DNA of 64,000 bases from Gammaproteobacteria bacterium (GTDB lineage: Bacteria > Pseudomonadota > Gammaproteobacteria > Ga0077536): positions 2,592,001 to 2,656,000 of the forward strand of contig CAXXLL010000003.1 of assembly GCA_963662545.2 (NCBI GenBank), given 5' to 3'. The translations under genes and the position numbers were made by a program. The notes below the pieces were generated by a model. That model made no database searches. It saw only the letters and a list, made by a program, of their open reading frames with translations, and had not been told where the DNA came from. Within the stretch, counting starts at the first letter, position 1, and the number at the start of each line of letters is the position of its first letter. Positions 1 through 10,943 of this stretch are shown one piece after another.

Positions 1-660
1 TACTTCGACCATGCGGTCGACGAAAATTCCGGGCGTCACCACGACCTCGGGATCGACCCTATCGACGAAAGTCCTTACCTCGGCGAGCGTCGTCGACGCC
101 GCCATCGCCATGATCGGGTTGAAATTGCGCGAGGTCTTGGCGTAAGTCAGATTACCCCAGCGATCACCCGTATTTGCGTGAATCAATGCAATGTCCGCCC
201 GAATTGCGTGCTCCATGATGAAATGGCGACCATCGAAATCGCGGTTTTCCTTGCCTTCGGCCAAGGACGTGCCGTAGGCCGTCGCCGTATAAAAGGCGGG
301 TATGCCTGCGCCCCCGGCCCGGATCCGTTCGGCGAGTGTTCCCTGCGGGACGATCTCCAGATCGATCTTTCCCGCCGCATAAAGATCCTCGAAAATGGTC
401 AAGCCGGCAGAACGCGGAAACGAGCACACCATCTTGCTGACGCACCCGGCCTTGATCAGGAGTGCCAGACCGTATTCGCCGGAACCGGCGTTGTTGCTGA
501 CCACGGTGAGGTTCTCCAGGCCCAAATCCCGCACTGCATACACGAGCTGCTCCGGTACGCCGGCATCGCCGAAGCCGCCGATCAGAACCTTCGCGCCGTT
601 TTTGAGATCGGGGCAATCGGCGACGGCATCCGTAACACTCTGCCTGCGTTTGTCGATCAA
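1..660 (-). CDS. pcaI: 3-oxoacid (3-oxoadipate-type) CoA-transferase subunit A; runs off the window at position 1
   Basis: Not in the ORF track; translated by hand from TTG at 660: LIDKRRQSV...VLIGGFGDAGVPEQL...VSNNAG...PQGTLAERIRAGGAGIPAFYT...GDRWGNL...RNFNPIMAMAA...VVTPGIFVDRMVEV. These are family I CoA-transferase alpha-subunit motifs. Confidence 0.85.
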   Translation of the reverse strand, partial: MIDKRRQSVTDAVADCPDLKNGAKVLIGGFGDAGVPEQLVYAVRDLGLENLTVVSNNAGSGEYGLALLIKAGCVSKMVCSFPRSAGLTIFEDLYAAGKIDLEIVPQGTLAERIRAGGAGIPAFYTATAYGTSLAEGKENRDFDGRHFIMEHAIRADIALIHANTGDRWGNLTYAKTSRNFNPIMAMAASTTLAEVRTFVDRVDPEVVVTPGIFVDRMVEV

Positions 661-1013
661 TGCGTCGACCCTTTGTTGGTCTTGATATTCGCTTTCGACA
701 CGACCCGCGGCCCGTTTACGCGAACGAGAGCAGGCTCACAGCATGCGACCGGGAACGCATCGTCCCCGATGCAGCGGAATCGATTATTGCAGGAACCGGA
801 CCGCATACGCTACACGCAGGACTCCGCCCTTTGTACTACACTCCGAACTGCGGTTCGAGGCACCGTTGTCTATTCAGGATTTGTTGATATTGCAGGCGAT
901 GTTCTGACAATGCTAACGGAATCCAAACGAGACCGCCGAACCGAAATAAGTAAAATGTCCCCGTATTTCCGCTGTTGTTCGGCTCTCGCGTTGACCATAC
1001 GGAATCAACCACC

Positions 1014-2582
1014 ATGAAGCATGTACTTCCCAAGGGGGTCACCGAGACAAACTTCGACAAGGCATTCAAAGAATTTGCCAGTATCGTCGGCCAGCAATGG
1101 GCATCCTCGTCCATCGAAGATCGGGAGCTCTATAACGATCCGTACAATCCGGGCGACCCCCTTGAATTCGTCTCCGGTGGTTTCGTGGCGCCGGCGTCGG
1201 TCGACGAAGTACAGGCCCTCGTCAAGACAGCTAACCACCTGGGTATCCCTTTGTGGCCCGTCTCTACCGGCAAGAATCTGGCCTATGGCGGTGCCGCGCC
1301 GCTGGTCCCGGGCACAGTGGTGCTCGACCTGAAACGCATGAATCGGATTCTCGAAGTCAATGAAGATCTCGCCTATGCCTGGGTCGAACCGGGCGTCAGC
1401 TTCTTCGATCTCTACCGTTATATTCAGGACCATAAACACAAGCTCTGGATGTCGGTCCCCGGACCCGGCTGGGGCAGCATCGTGGGCAACGGTGTCGAGC
1501 GCGGCATCGGCTACGGCTACTTTGATGATCAGTTCGCCAATTCCGCGGGACTCGAGATCGTGCTACCGGACGGCGAGTTGATGCGCGCCGGCATGGGCGC
1601 GATGGGCAACAGCACCTCGGGACCCCTGTTACGCGGCGGCTTCGGCCCCTGGGTCGACGGCTTGTTCACGCAATCGAATTACGGGGTCGTCACCAAGATG
1701 GCGAGGTTCCTGTTGCCGGAGCCCGAAACCTACATGAGCTGTGAAGTGAACTGCCGTTTCGATGCAGGCCTGGAATCGATTTTCGAAGCGCTGCGGCCAT
1801 TCAAACTGGACGAGACGATCCGTAATCCCGTTGTCGTCAGCAATCTCGAACTCATCGCGTCATTTCTATCGGTTAGAAGCCAGTGGTACGACGGCGAGGG
1901 TCCGGTTCCAGACGAAACGCTTTCGGTGATACAGGAAAAACTCAAGCTCGGTCGCTGGAACGCGTCGTTCGCACTTTACGGCACCGAGGCCAAAGTCAAC
2001 GACGCCTGGTCGCGGATCAAGCAGGCGGTACAGCACATCAAAGGTATCGAGCTCAAGGACCGCGTCTATCACCCGGGTGACGAGATTTTGCACCCGCGGG
2101 ATCAAAGTCAGGCGGGAATCCCGAGTCTGAACGAATTCGGTCTCGTGAACTGGATGGGCGCGGGTGGTCACATCGATTTCTCACCGGTTGGCCCCATGAC
2201 GGCCGGACACGCCAGGGTGCTGAACGAGCTCGTCCGATCACGCGTTCATGAATTCGGCTTCGATCATCTTTGCGGTTTTTATTGCGAGCCGCGGGCCTTC
2301 AGATTCGTTAATACACTGATCTTCCGGAAAGACAATCCCGAAGAGATGAGCAAGGTGCGAGAGCTGTTCACCGTACTCATTAGGGAAGCAGCCGAAAAGG
2401 GTTATGGTGAATATCGCACGCACCTGGCCTACATGGATGAGGTCGCTGCGACCTATGATTTCAATAACAATGCGCTGCTCAGGTTTCAGGAAAAACTGAA
2501 AGACGTCATTGATCCCAACGGTGTGATTGCACCAGGCAAGTCGGGGATCTGGCCCAAACATTACAGGGAAAGTGACGCGTGA
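1014..2582 (+). CDS. FAD-linked oxidoreductase, vanillyl-alcohol oxidase / p-cresol methylhydroxylase flavoprotein family
   Basis: Motifs PLWPVSTGKNLAYGG, VEPGVSF, GSIVGNGVERG, GLFTQSNYGVVTK, GYGEYRTH and DPNGVIAPGKSGIWP; ATG at 1014. Confidence 0.92.
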   Translation: MKHVLPKGVTETNFDKAFKEFASIVGQQWASSSIEDRELYNDPYNPGDPLEFVSGGFVAPASVDEVQALVKTANHLGIPLWPVSTGKNLAYGGAAPLVPGTVVLDLKRMNRILEVNEDLAYAWVEPGVSFFDLYRYIQDHKHKLWMSVPGPGWGSIVGNGVERGIGYGYFDDQFANSAGLEIVLPDGELMRAGMGAMGNSTSGPLLRGGFGPWVDGLFTQSNYGVVTKMARFLLPEPETYMSCEVNCRFDAGLESIFEALRPFKLDETIRNPVVVSNLELIASFLSVRSQWYDGEGPVPDETLSVIQEKLKLGRWNASFALYGTEAKVNDAWSRIKQAVQHIKGIELKDRVYHPGDEILHPRDQSQAGIPSLNEFGLVNWMGAGGHIDFSPVGPMTAGHARVLNELVRSRVHEFGFDHLCGFYCEPRAFRFVNTLIFRKDNPEEMSKVRELFTVLIREAAEKGYGEYRTHLAYMDEVAATYDFNNNALLRFQEKLKDVIDPNGVIAPGKSGIWPKHYRESDA

Positions 2583-2920
2583 GGCGTTCCGACAATTCGA
2601 TACTCGCGTCCGCTGTACCGCTAGTCTGTGCCTTCACGCTGGCAATGAACGTCTTACAGGCCGAAGAAAGCACCGGCAAGCGAGTGTTTTCAAACTGGTG
2701 TTCAGCCTGTCACATGGACAGCCCCTTCGCGCCGGGTACGATTCAACTCAAGCAGACCCGGGGACCGGATTACGCTGTCATAGAGCAGCGAACGGATCTC
2801 TCCGCAGCGCTGATACGACTACGCGTGAGGAAAGGGCTGGCAGGAATGCCGTCGTTTCGCAGGACCGAAATCAGTAATCAGGATCTCGACGCCTTGATCG
2901 ACTACCTGGTGCGGAAATGA
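2579..2920 (+). CDS. Monoheme c-type cytochrome, likely electron-acceptor subunit of the flavoprotein
   Basis: Signal peptide, CSACH heme motif and GLAGMPSF distal Met; GTG start overlaps the upstream stop. Confidence 0.88.
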   Translation: MRRSDNSILASAVPLVCAFTLAMNVLQAEESTGKRVFSNWCSACHMDSPFAPGTIQLKQTRGPDYAVIEQRTDLSAALIRLRVRKGLAGMPSFRRTEISNQDLDALIDYLVRK

Positions 2921-2936
2921 GTGCAGGACCGCAAAG

Positions 2937-3338
2937 ATGAATCGCCGAGATTTCGCCCGCGCGGCTGCGATCCTCACGGCCGGCACCCTGTCGGGTACGG
3001 CTTTCGCCGGATCCTGGTGTAAGGGTTCGGACCTGCCGATGCATCTGATTTACGACGCGCGCATCATCGAAGCTCGCGAAGCGTTCGCCGCGGCATCGGT
3101 AAACATCGCGAAAGCACACGGTTTCACCAGCGACCTCACCCCGATCTGGTTCGATGAGTTGCATGGCCTCTGGGAGAGCGGATCCATCATGACGATGGGG
3201 TTCACGCGCCATGCCGAATTCTTCGTGTTGAGCACTCTTGCGCGCGATCAAGGGTATGCGGTTGCGGGAGAGGAGGCGCACGCGGGGAAGGTGTCCTGGC
3301 TGCTGGTGCCGGACATCGAGGGACGAAGAATCCGGTGA
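2937..3338 (+). CDS. Hypothetical protein with twin-arginine signal
   Basis: MNRRDFARAAAILTAG...AFA Tat-like signal; operonic with the flavocytochrome genes. Confidence 0.7.
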   Translation: MNRRDFARAAAILTAGTLSGTAFAGSWCKGSDLPMHLIYDARIIEAREAFAAASVNIAKAHGFTSDLTPIWFDELHGLWESGSIMTMGFTRHAEFFVLSTLARDQGYAVAGEEAHAGKVSWLLVPDIEGRRIR

Positions 3339-3367
3339 TAAAAGGTGACTTTCCGACACCCGAACTC

Positions 3368-3886
3368 CTAATGGAAAGGTGCGGCAATCCGTTTAATCCC
3401 CAAAACAAATAGATATTCGATTACATGTTCTACATCATTGTCGAGTAGCGTAACAGTCACTTTGAGCTCCCTATTTTGATCCGCGATTTCTTCGAATTTC
3501 GATACATCTACTTCTTCTACCAAAATTCGATGTTCGAAGAATATTCCATTCGGTTCTGTTCCGCTCGCGATCATCGTCGCTCGAGAATCAAAAATTGATC
3601 CCATCCCTGCTATTGAAACCTTCAAAAGAACAACCGTCGCAGATTCCTGCTTCGTGAAGAGAGATATTCCTAGGTCAAAAGCTGTGTAGCTTTTTGCCAA
3701 GGTTGGTCGGAAATACGGTGCAACCAATTTTCCGTCAACCGCAAATCCCTTTACTTCTGGATCATCAAATGAATACTCCTCGTAGAAGTCCTTTATCGCG
3801 CGGTTGTATATATCAGGAACCGTTGCAGCGTTGCAGCCATTTAGGAATCCAAAAATCAATACGCAAGCAACTTTTGCTTTTAGCAT
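3368..3886 (-). CDS. Hypothetical exported protein or lipoprotein, low GC
   Basis: ATG at 3886 gives MLKAKVACVLIFGFLNGC (lipobox-like); visibly AT-rich relative to its flanks. Confidence 0.65.
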   Translation of the reverse strand: MLKAKVACVLIFGFLNGCNAATVPDIYNRAIKDFYEEYSFDDPEVKGFAVDGKLVAPYFRPTLAKSYTAFDLGISLFTKQESATVVLLKVSIAGMGSIFDSRATMIASGTEPNGIFFEHRILVEEVDVSKFEEIADQNRELKVTVTLLDNDVEHVIEYLFVLGIKRIAAPFH

Positions 3887-3898
3887 GTATATCTCTAA

Positions 3899-3940
3899 AG
3901 GGTTCGGGTGCCGGAGTTGAGGGTTCGGGTGCCGGAGTTG
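3899..3940. repeat. Two tandem 21-bp units AGGGTTCGGGTGCCGGAGTTG, with an inverted partial copy at 3352-3365
   Basis: Exact duplication at 3899-3919 and 3920-3940. TCCGACACCCGAAC (3352-3365) matches the reverse complement of the core at 13/14 positions. Confidence 0.9.
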
Positions 3941-4055
3941 AGTTATTTGACTAAACACGGCGGGCCTGCCGTCCAGATCGTAAAACGAATCTGGATCATA
4001 CCCCGCGTTTGCTGAAATACGACGTTTCGGTTCGGTCTTCGTCGCCGGAAAATCC

Positions 4056-5093
4056 TTACAGCAATTCCCGCCGTACCTGGTCAGCGGCCTCGACCAATGC
4101 TTTCAATTTGCCGAAAGCAGCATCGCGCGTGAGATATTTCATACCGCAGTCTGGCGCCACCACGAGCCGCTCTGGCGCGACATGGGGTATAGCGCGCTGA
4201 ATCCGCTCGGCCAGGGTGGCCGCACTCTCCACTTCATTCGTGGACAGATCAATCACGCCGAGTACGATCGTCTTATTTGACAGATCGTCGAGAATCGCGA
4301 GATCGAGATGCGGTTGCGCGGCCTCGATCGAGATTTGATCAACCTCGCAGTCGGCAAGCTGGGACAGAAACGCGTAGGTTTTCGGTTTGTTGGGCGAGAC
4401 GACGAAGCCGTAGCCAAAGCAAAGATGGATGCCGGTCGTCACGTTCAGGCCTTCCAACGCGCGGTTAATGGCTGCCACCCCGTAACGGTTGGCGCCGTCT
4501 GGATCCTCACGCAGCCACGGTTCGTCGAGCTGAATCACGTCTGCGCCGGCGGCTTCGAGATCGCGCGCTTCGGCATTTACGACTTCGGCATAAGCCATCG
4601 CCACCGCCTCTTCGTCGCGATAATAGTCATCCGATGCCTGTTTGCTCAGGGTGAACGGCCCCGGCAGAGTGATCTTGGCGAGACGGTCCGTGTTGCGCTT
4701 TAGAAACTTGAGATCCTCAACTTCGACCGGCCCCGTTCGTCTAAGCGCGGCGACGATGCGCGGCATGGGGATCTTGTAACCGCGTATCTCGCGGATGAAC
4801 GGGTTTTCGGTGTCGATGCCTTCGAGCGAGGTCGCGAAACGATTGGAATAACTCTCCCGGCGCATTTCACCGTCGGTGATGACGTCGATGCCGGCCCGTT
4901 CCTGGTCGCGGATCGCAAGCAATGTGGCATCGTTTTGCGCTTCCTCCAGATTGGGCTCCGCGATGCGCCAGATATCGTGCGCGCGTATGCGCGGCACGAC
5001 TTTCTTTTTCAACAGTTCATGGTCGACCAGCCAGGCCGGTTGCGGGTAGCTGCCGATCACGGTCGTTGACAGGAGCTTTTCAGGCATGGTCAT
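4056..5093 (-). CDS. Cobalamin-independent methionine synthase II family protein (MetE C-terminal-like, single barrel)
   Basis: TTVIGSYPQP, DVITDGEMRRESY, KITLPGPFTL and IQLDEP; Zn-ligand motifs HLCFG and APDCGMK. Confidence 0.88.
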   Translation of the reverse strand: MTMPEKLLSTTVIGSYPQPAWLVDHELLKKKVVPRIRAHDIWRIAEPNLEEAQNDATLLAIRDQERAGIDVITDGEMRRESYSNRFATSLEGIDTENPFIREIRGYKIPMPRIVAALRRTGPVEVEDLKFLKRNTDRLAKITLPGPFTLSKQASDDYYRDEEAVAMAYAEVVNAEARDLEAAGADVIQLDEPWLREDPDGANRYGVAAINRALEGLNVTTGIHLCFGYGFVVSPNKPKTYAFLSQLADCEVDQISIEAAQPHLDLAILDDLSNKTIVLGVIDLSTNEVESAATLAERIQRAIPHVAPERLVVAPDCGMKYLTRDAAFGKLKALVEAADQVRRELL

Positions 5094-5332
5094 CTGTCCG
5101 CAAGCTAATCCGGTTGCTAGAGTAGCAAGAGCGGTAGTCTCCGGCCCACTGTCGTATTAGCGTTGTCGACTGCGGTAAGCTTGTCGTGGGTACAGCGCGC
5201 CGGCGGTTCGCCAACCAATACGACGAATCGGCGGCGAAATCCACGGGTAAACGAGAAGATGACGCCTAAGATGCTTTTTCATCAGGATCGGGCCGGCAGT
5301 CTGTCGCGACCGATATCGCTGAGGGCCTCCCG

Positions 5333-6106
5333 GTGACCGGCAAACATCCAAACATCCTGCTGACCAACGACGACAGCCACGACTCGCCCCTGTTTCACCA
5401 CACCATCGACGCGCTTGCACGCCTCGGAGACCTCACTGTCGTCGTGCCCGCGGAAGAACAGAGCTGGAAAGGCAAGTCGATGACGCGTTACGGTCCACTC
5501 TATGCCGAGCACATCGATATACACGGCTATCCGGCATGGTCAGTCACCGGCACGCCAGCCGACTGCGTCAACCTGGCGATTTACAACCTGCTCGACCAGC
5601 GGCCCGACATCGTGGTCTCGGGGATCAACATCGGCAAGAATGTGGGACTGGGTTTCATGTTCTCCTCCGGTACGGTCGGTGCATGTTTTGAGGCGAACAT
5701 CGCCGGCATTCCGGCACTCGCCTTGTCGCAGGAATTGAACCCCGAGGACTTCCAACACTGGGATCGGGAGCGCGGTTTCAAGGCGGATATCGCGGCCGAG
5801 TTGAAATCCCTCTCGGACTATTTGATCCCGCTGGTATGGAAAGACCTGGTCGCGATCGGCGATCCCGAGCCGACGACGTGGAACGTCAACTTCCCATTTA
5901 CGCAGTCGCGCGCCGCGGATATCGTTATCACACGCCTGGGCCATACCTATTACGAGGGCTGCTTCGTGCGGCGCGGTGATCAGTTTTATCACGGCCTATC
6001 CAGCGTCCAGATCGATCCCTGTCAGGACACTGACGAGATGGTGATACAAAGCGGCAGGGTCAGCGCGACCAAGCTGGATATGCGGGTGCTTGGTCAACAG
6101 ATATAA
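5333..6106 (+). CDS. surE: 5'/3'-nucleotidase SurE
   Basis: ILLTNDD, VVVPAEEQS, GTPADCV, SGINIGKNVG and SSGTVGA. Confidence 0.88.
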   Translation: MTGKHPNILLTNDDSHDSPLFHHTIDALARLGDLTVVVPAEEQSWKGKSMTRYGPLYAEHIDIHGYPAWSVTGTPADCVNLAIYNLLDQRPDIVVSGINIGKNVGLGFMFSSGTVGACFEANIAGIPALALSQELNPEDFQHWDRERGFKADIAAELKSLSDYLIPLVWKDLVAIGDPEPTTWNVNFPFTQSRAADIVITRLGHTYYEGCFVRRGDQFYHGLSSVQIDPCQDTDEMVIQSGRVSATKLDMRVLGQQI

Positions 6107-6184
6107 AGGGCAGGTTCGTGAAGTAACTCCTAAGCGCGATCTGCCAGGGTGTTATCTTTGTCAGTATACGGTTTGCAGACTTAA

Positions 6185-7105
<921 letters not shown>

Positions 7106-7118
7106 GGGATAGCTGAGC

Positions 7119-7931
7119 ATGGCCGTCGTATCCGCCTTTCTCATTCCCGGCTCGCCGCTGCCCTACTTGCAGAGGGAAAATCCGCCCTGGGGCGCCCTGG
7201 CCTTGGCGATGGAAAAAGCCGGCGATTCCCTCGTGCAATCGAACCCGGACACGTTGGTCGTCTATTCAACGCAGTGGATTGCGGTGCTCGATCAGCTATG
7301 GCAGATGCGTCCCCATATCAATGGTCAGCACGTGGATGAGAACTGGCACGAATACGGCGAGCTGCCCTACGACATCACCGTCGACACCGAGCTGACCGAG
7401 GCGGTCATCGCCGCGACGCCCGCAATCGATATCCGCTCGAAAGGTGTAGATTACGACGCCTTTCCGGTCGACACCGGTACCATCATCGCGGCGAACTTCC
7501 TGAACGCGGATTCGGCGCGGCCAATGGCCATCACGTCCAACAACGTCTATCACGATTGGGACATGACCCGGGCGCTCGGAAGCATCATCGCCGAGCGGGC
7601 GGAAGCGCTCGGCCGTCGGATCGCCGTCGTCGGCGTCGGCGGTCTTTCGGGCTCCACCTTCCGGGGGATCATCGACATCGAGGACGACCGCATCGCCGCA
7701 GACGGCGAGGACGCGTGGAACCGGAACGTTCTCGATCTCATGGAACGCGGCGACGTCGATGCCTTGATCAAAGCCTGTCCGCAGTACGCACAGGAAGCCC
7801 GCGTCGACATGGGCTTCAAACATTTTGCATTTATCCTGGGCGGACTTGGCAGCCGGTTCAACCGGGCGACCGTTCATGGCTACGGGCCGCTGTATGGCAC
7901 GGGCGGCGCAGTGGTGGAGTTTCACGTCTGA
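7119..7931 (+). CDS. amnA: 2-aminophenol 1,6-dioxygenase alpha subunit
   Basis: VVSAFLIPGSPLP, VYSTQWIAVLDQLW, HVDENWHEYG and DMGFKH; lies directly after amnB. Confidence 0.9.
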   Translation: MAVVSAFLIPGSPLPYLQRENPPWGALALAMEKAGDSLVQSNPDTLVVYSTQWIAVLDQLWQMRPHINGQHVDENWHEYGELPYDITVDTELTEAVIAATPAIDIRSKGVDYDAFPVDTGTIIAANFLNADSARPMAITSNNVYHDWDMTRALGSIIAERAEALGRRIAVVGVGGLSGSTFRGIIDIEDDRIAADGEDAWNRNVLDLMERGDVDALIKACPQYAQEARVDMGFKHFAFILGGLGSRFNRATVHGYGPLYGTGGAVVEFHV

Positions 7932-8104
7932 GCACAAGATACCGCTGGCATTTGCGAGCGTAATCTTGACGTAGAAATCCAGGCTCGCGTTAATCATGCG
8001 CATATTTATGGACGCATAAGCCGTTACCAATCAAAACGCGGTACGTCCCGGATATTCCCTCCGCAGTGGCGATGTTCGACTGACACGCACGACGCGGCGT
8101 GCGT

Positions 8105-8500
8105 TCAATCCATGTTGGCGAACGCCTCGAGGCTGGGCCAGTTGGTATAGTCGGCGTAGGTTCGATCGACGGCGATTTTGCCATCGCGCATGGTCAACAC
8201 TGCGACAAACAGTATAGCCCAGTCGGCGCTGGCGTCCGGGTCTAGGAGGGTGACTTCATTGGTCACTACATCGCCGCTTGCGTGCATGTGTTCGAGCCGC
8301 ATGTAGCGTTTTGGCGCAGCGTTTAGGACCGCGTGCTCGACCTGCAGAAACTGTTCTGCGCCTTCAACCACGCCGGCGCCCATCGCGAAAACTGTGCAGT
8401 CCGCTGTGTAGCATTCGGGCACGAAGCGCTCGATGTCGTTGTTGTACAGAACGATGTAGCGCTTCGCGGTTTCGATGTTGCGTTGTTCCTGTTCAGTCAT
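8105..8500 (-). CDS. SnoaL-like / NTF2-fold protein
   Basis: 131 aa with the pattern N...A.RYI...NND...Y..D...DGKI..DR.Y.D; RBS GAGGAA. Confidence 0.75.
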   Translation of the reverse strand: MTEQEQRNIETAKRYIVLYNNDIERFVPECYTADCTVFAMGAGVVEGAEQFLQVEHAVLNAAPKRYMRLEHMHASGDVVTNEVTLLDPDASADWAILFVAVLTMRDGKIAVDRTYADYTNWPSLEAFANMD

Positions 8501-8825
8501 GGGGCGTTTCCTCTCTGGCCGAGTCGGGCCGCGATGGTTTTTGTGGCAGTAAAGTACCGCAAGTGCAGACTGGCGTACTACTACGAATTGTTGCGGCGCA
8601 AATTATTGCGCCGCAACATCCTATATTCGCGCTGATTAACGCCTGCAGTCCACCGTCAGCTTATGGTTAGACAGCCGAAGTGCTCGGTTAATGCTCCATC
8701 GAACGCTTCTGAAGGTCTGCTTTCGAGGAAATTACAGACGCAATCGAGAACAACGTCGCGGCGCCGCGATAGCGTAGAATTGATTTGGCACCTGCATTGC
8801 AGTAATTCGAAATCAAGGGAAGCTA

Positions 8826-9947
8826 ATGACACGCCCACAAACAGTGATCGACGGCGATGGCCATATTTGCGGACCCGAGCTTGTGTGGACGGAATACACC
8901 ACGCGTAAATTCCAGGAAGACGTCCTCCAGATTCGAACGATTGATGGCGTTAGCGATATTTACGTTGAAGGCCGCCGATTACCGTTCGGCGGAGGAGCAA
9001 GCATTGCGCACGCTTGTGTTCCCGGCGGCCTGGCGCCAGGTCAAAAAGTAATCTGGTCCGACATCCCCCCGGGCAGCCACGATCCGGCCGAGCGACTCAA
9101 GGTGATGGATGAGGAAGGCATCGATCAGGCCTTGTTGTTCCCATCTGCCCACCTGCTTGCGGGCGATATCGCCGACCCCGCGATCGCGGCCGAAACTTGC
9201 CGTGCGTATAACGACTGGATCAGTGATTTCTGTAAACACGCTCCCACGCGATTGTTCGCAATGGGTCTGGTACCTCTGCAGGATATTGGGCTGGCGACGA
9301 AAGAAGCCAAACGCTTGGGATCAATCGGATTGAAGGGCTTCATGTCACGCCCCGAACGCTATAGAGAAATGGCACTGTATGACCCGGCTTGCGACGGCTT
9401 GTGGCAAACCGCGATCGACGACAACCTCGCAGTCGGGATCCACGGCAGCTTCGGTTCACAAATGCCGAGCTTTTCAACCGGACGTTATGAGGACAACCTC
9501 TTCTACGATCACATGATCGCGCATCCTTTCGGGCAGATGGCGGTGATGATGGACATGCTCGCGGGCGGCGTCATGGACCGCTTCCCAACTTTGCGTGTCG
9601 GATTCTTTGAAAGCGGCCTTGGTTGGATGCCGTACTGGATCGATCGGCTCGATGAACACTTTGAAGTGATGGGCCATCACACGCCGTGGTTAAAGCGCAA
9701 GCCGTCTGAAATATTCGCCGAGCAGTGTTTTGTCTCGATGGAAGCCGACGAGCTGTCGGGCCTTCAATGGATGGTCGACAAGGGCCTAGGCCATTGCATC
9801 CTTTGGGGATCGGACTACCCGCATTTTGATTCAACCTATCCCGGGGCCTACACCGAAGCGCAGGAAACATTCTCGAAGGTTGGACCAGGCGTGGCGACAA
9901 GCGTTGTGTATAACAATCCGCGACGCTACATGGGTGCCGAAAACTAG
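8826..9947 (+). CDS. Amidohydrolase_2 family metal-dependent hydrolase/decarboxylase
   Basis: IDGDGH, MDEEGIDQALLFPS, AYNDW, DRFPTLRVGFFESG and LWGSDYPH. Confidence 0.88.
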   Translation: MTRPQTVIDGDGHICGPELVWTEYTTRKFQEDVLQIRTIDGVSDIYVEGRRLPFGGGASIAHACVPGGLAPGQKVIWSDIPPGSHDPAERLKVMDEEGIDQALLFPSAHLLAGDIADPAIAAETCRAYNDWISDFCKHAPTRLFAMGLVPLQDIGLATKEAKRLGSIGLKGFMSRPERYREMALYDPACDGLWQTAIDDNLAVGIHGSFGSQMPSFSTGRYEDNLFYDHMIAHPFGQMAVMMDMLAGGVMDRFPTLRVGFFESGLGWMPYWIDRLDEHFEVMGHHTPWLKRKPSEIFAEQCFVSMEADELSGLQWMVDKGLGHCILWGSDYPHFDSTYPGAYTEAQETFSKVGPGVATSVVYNNPRRYMGAEN

Positions 9948-10136
9948 GGTAATAGCGACAAGGGAATAGGGAAGAATCCACTTTAGGCCTTGCCTTTCGC
10001 CGCGCGCGACGATCGATTCCGGCCTGCAAACGTCCGGTATCCCCCTTTTTATAGACATCGTTCAGCGTGTCTGAAATATCTGACTAAGTCTAAACGTGCC
10101 TCGCAAGCTAGCAGATCAATGCCGACTTTTTACAAT

Positions 10137-10901
10137 TCAGACGAACATCAATAGCCCCAGGATCACCAGCGCCACATACAGAACACGCGTAAATAGCCCG
10201 GCCGGAATTCGGCGGCCGAGCCGTATACCGATGATGTTGCCGAGCAAAACAACTGGTAGGGCGAAGCCGAACAGCCTGAATACCTCGGCGGTCCACAGCC
10301 CCACGGCGGCATGTCCCCCACAAATCAGCACCGCGGTGGGAAAAAAATAACCCTGCACGGTCGCGCGAAATTCCTGTACGGACCATTTCCTGAGTGCGCC
10401 GTAGAGCACGATAGGCGGTCCGTTGGTGTTGTAGGCACCGCCTAGCACCCCCGCCGCAAAGCCGAATAGATAGACCCAGCGGCCGGCGCGGATTTTCGGT
10501 AATTCGGGTTTCGCTAAGTTGTAAATTCCATAGCCGACCAGCGTCACGCCGAGAATCGTCTTTACCAGGTATTCGGGCGCAGCCCGCAACAATAAAAGTC
10601 CGATTGGAATGCCGATGAGCGAGGCCACGATTAACTGCCAGGCGGAGCGCACGTCCATGTTGCGCCATTCGCGCCCGAGTACCACGGTGACGGTAACGGC
10701 GGCCGCCAGACCCACCAGAGGTGTCGCGACCTGCAATCCGAGCAAAATAACCAGCAATGGCATGGACACCAATGCGGTGCCGAACCCGAGAGACGCGTGA
10801 ACCAGGGTCGCCGTAAAGAGTACCGCCAATACGGTACTGATTGTCACCGCGTCAGGAATGGCACAAGGCTCCAGACGTTCAACGAGAAAGGGGACATTCA
10901 T
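10137..10901 (-). CDS. Sulfite exporter TauE/SafE family membrane protein
   Basis: Hydrophobic, with GFGTALVSMP and GGAYNTNGPP; the true start may be the GTG near 10847. Confidence 0.85.
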   Translation of the reverse strand: MNVPFLVERLEPCAIPDAVTISTVLAVLFTATLVHASLGFGTALVSMPLLVILLGLQVATPLVGLAAAVTVTVVLGREWRNMDVRSAWQLIVASLIGIPIGLLLLRAAPEYLVKTILGVTLVGYGIYNLAKPELPKIRAGRWVYLFGFAAGVLGGAYNTNGPPIVLYGALRKWSVQEFRATVQGYFFPTAVLICGGHAAVGLWTAEVFRLFGFALPVVLLGNIIGIRLGRRIPAGLFTRVLYVALVILGLLMFV

Positions 10902-10943
10902 CTTTTTCCTAAAAGAAGAATGTCCCCTTTCTTTCGGTACCCC

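Noticed and set aside
3899-3940. Mini-CRISPR or integron attC
   Set aside because: The two units abut with no spacer, and no RYYYAAC...GTTRRRY attC palindrome is evident.
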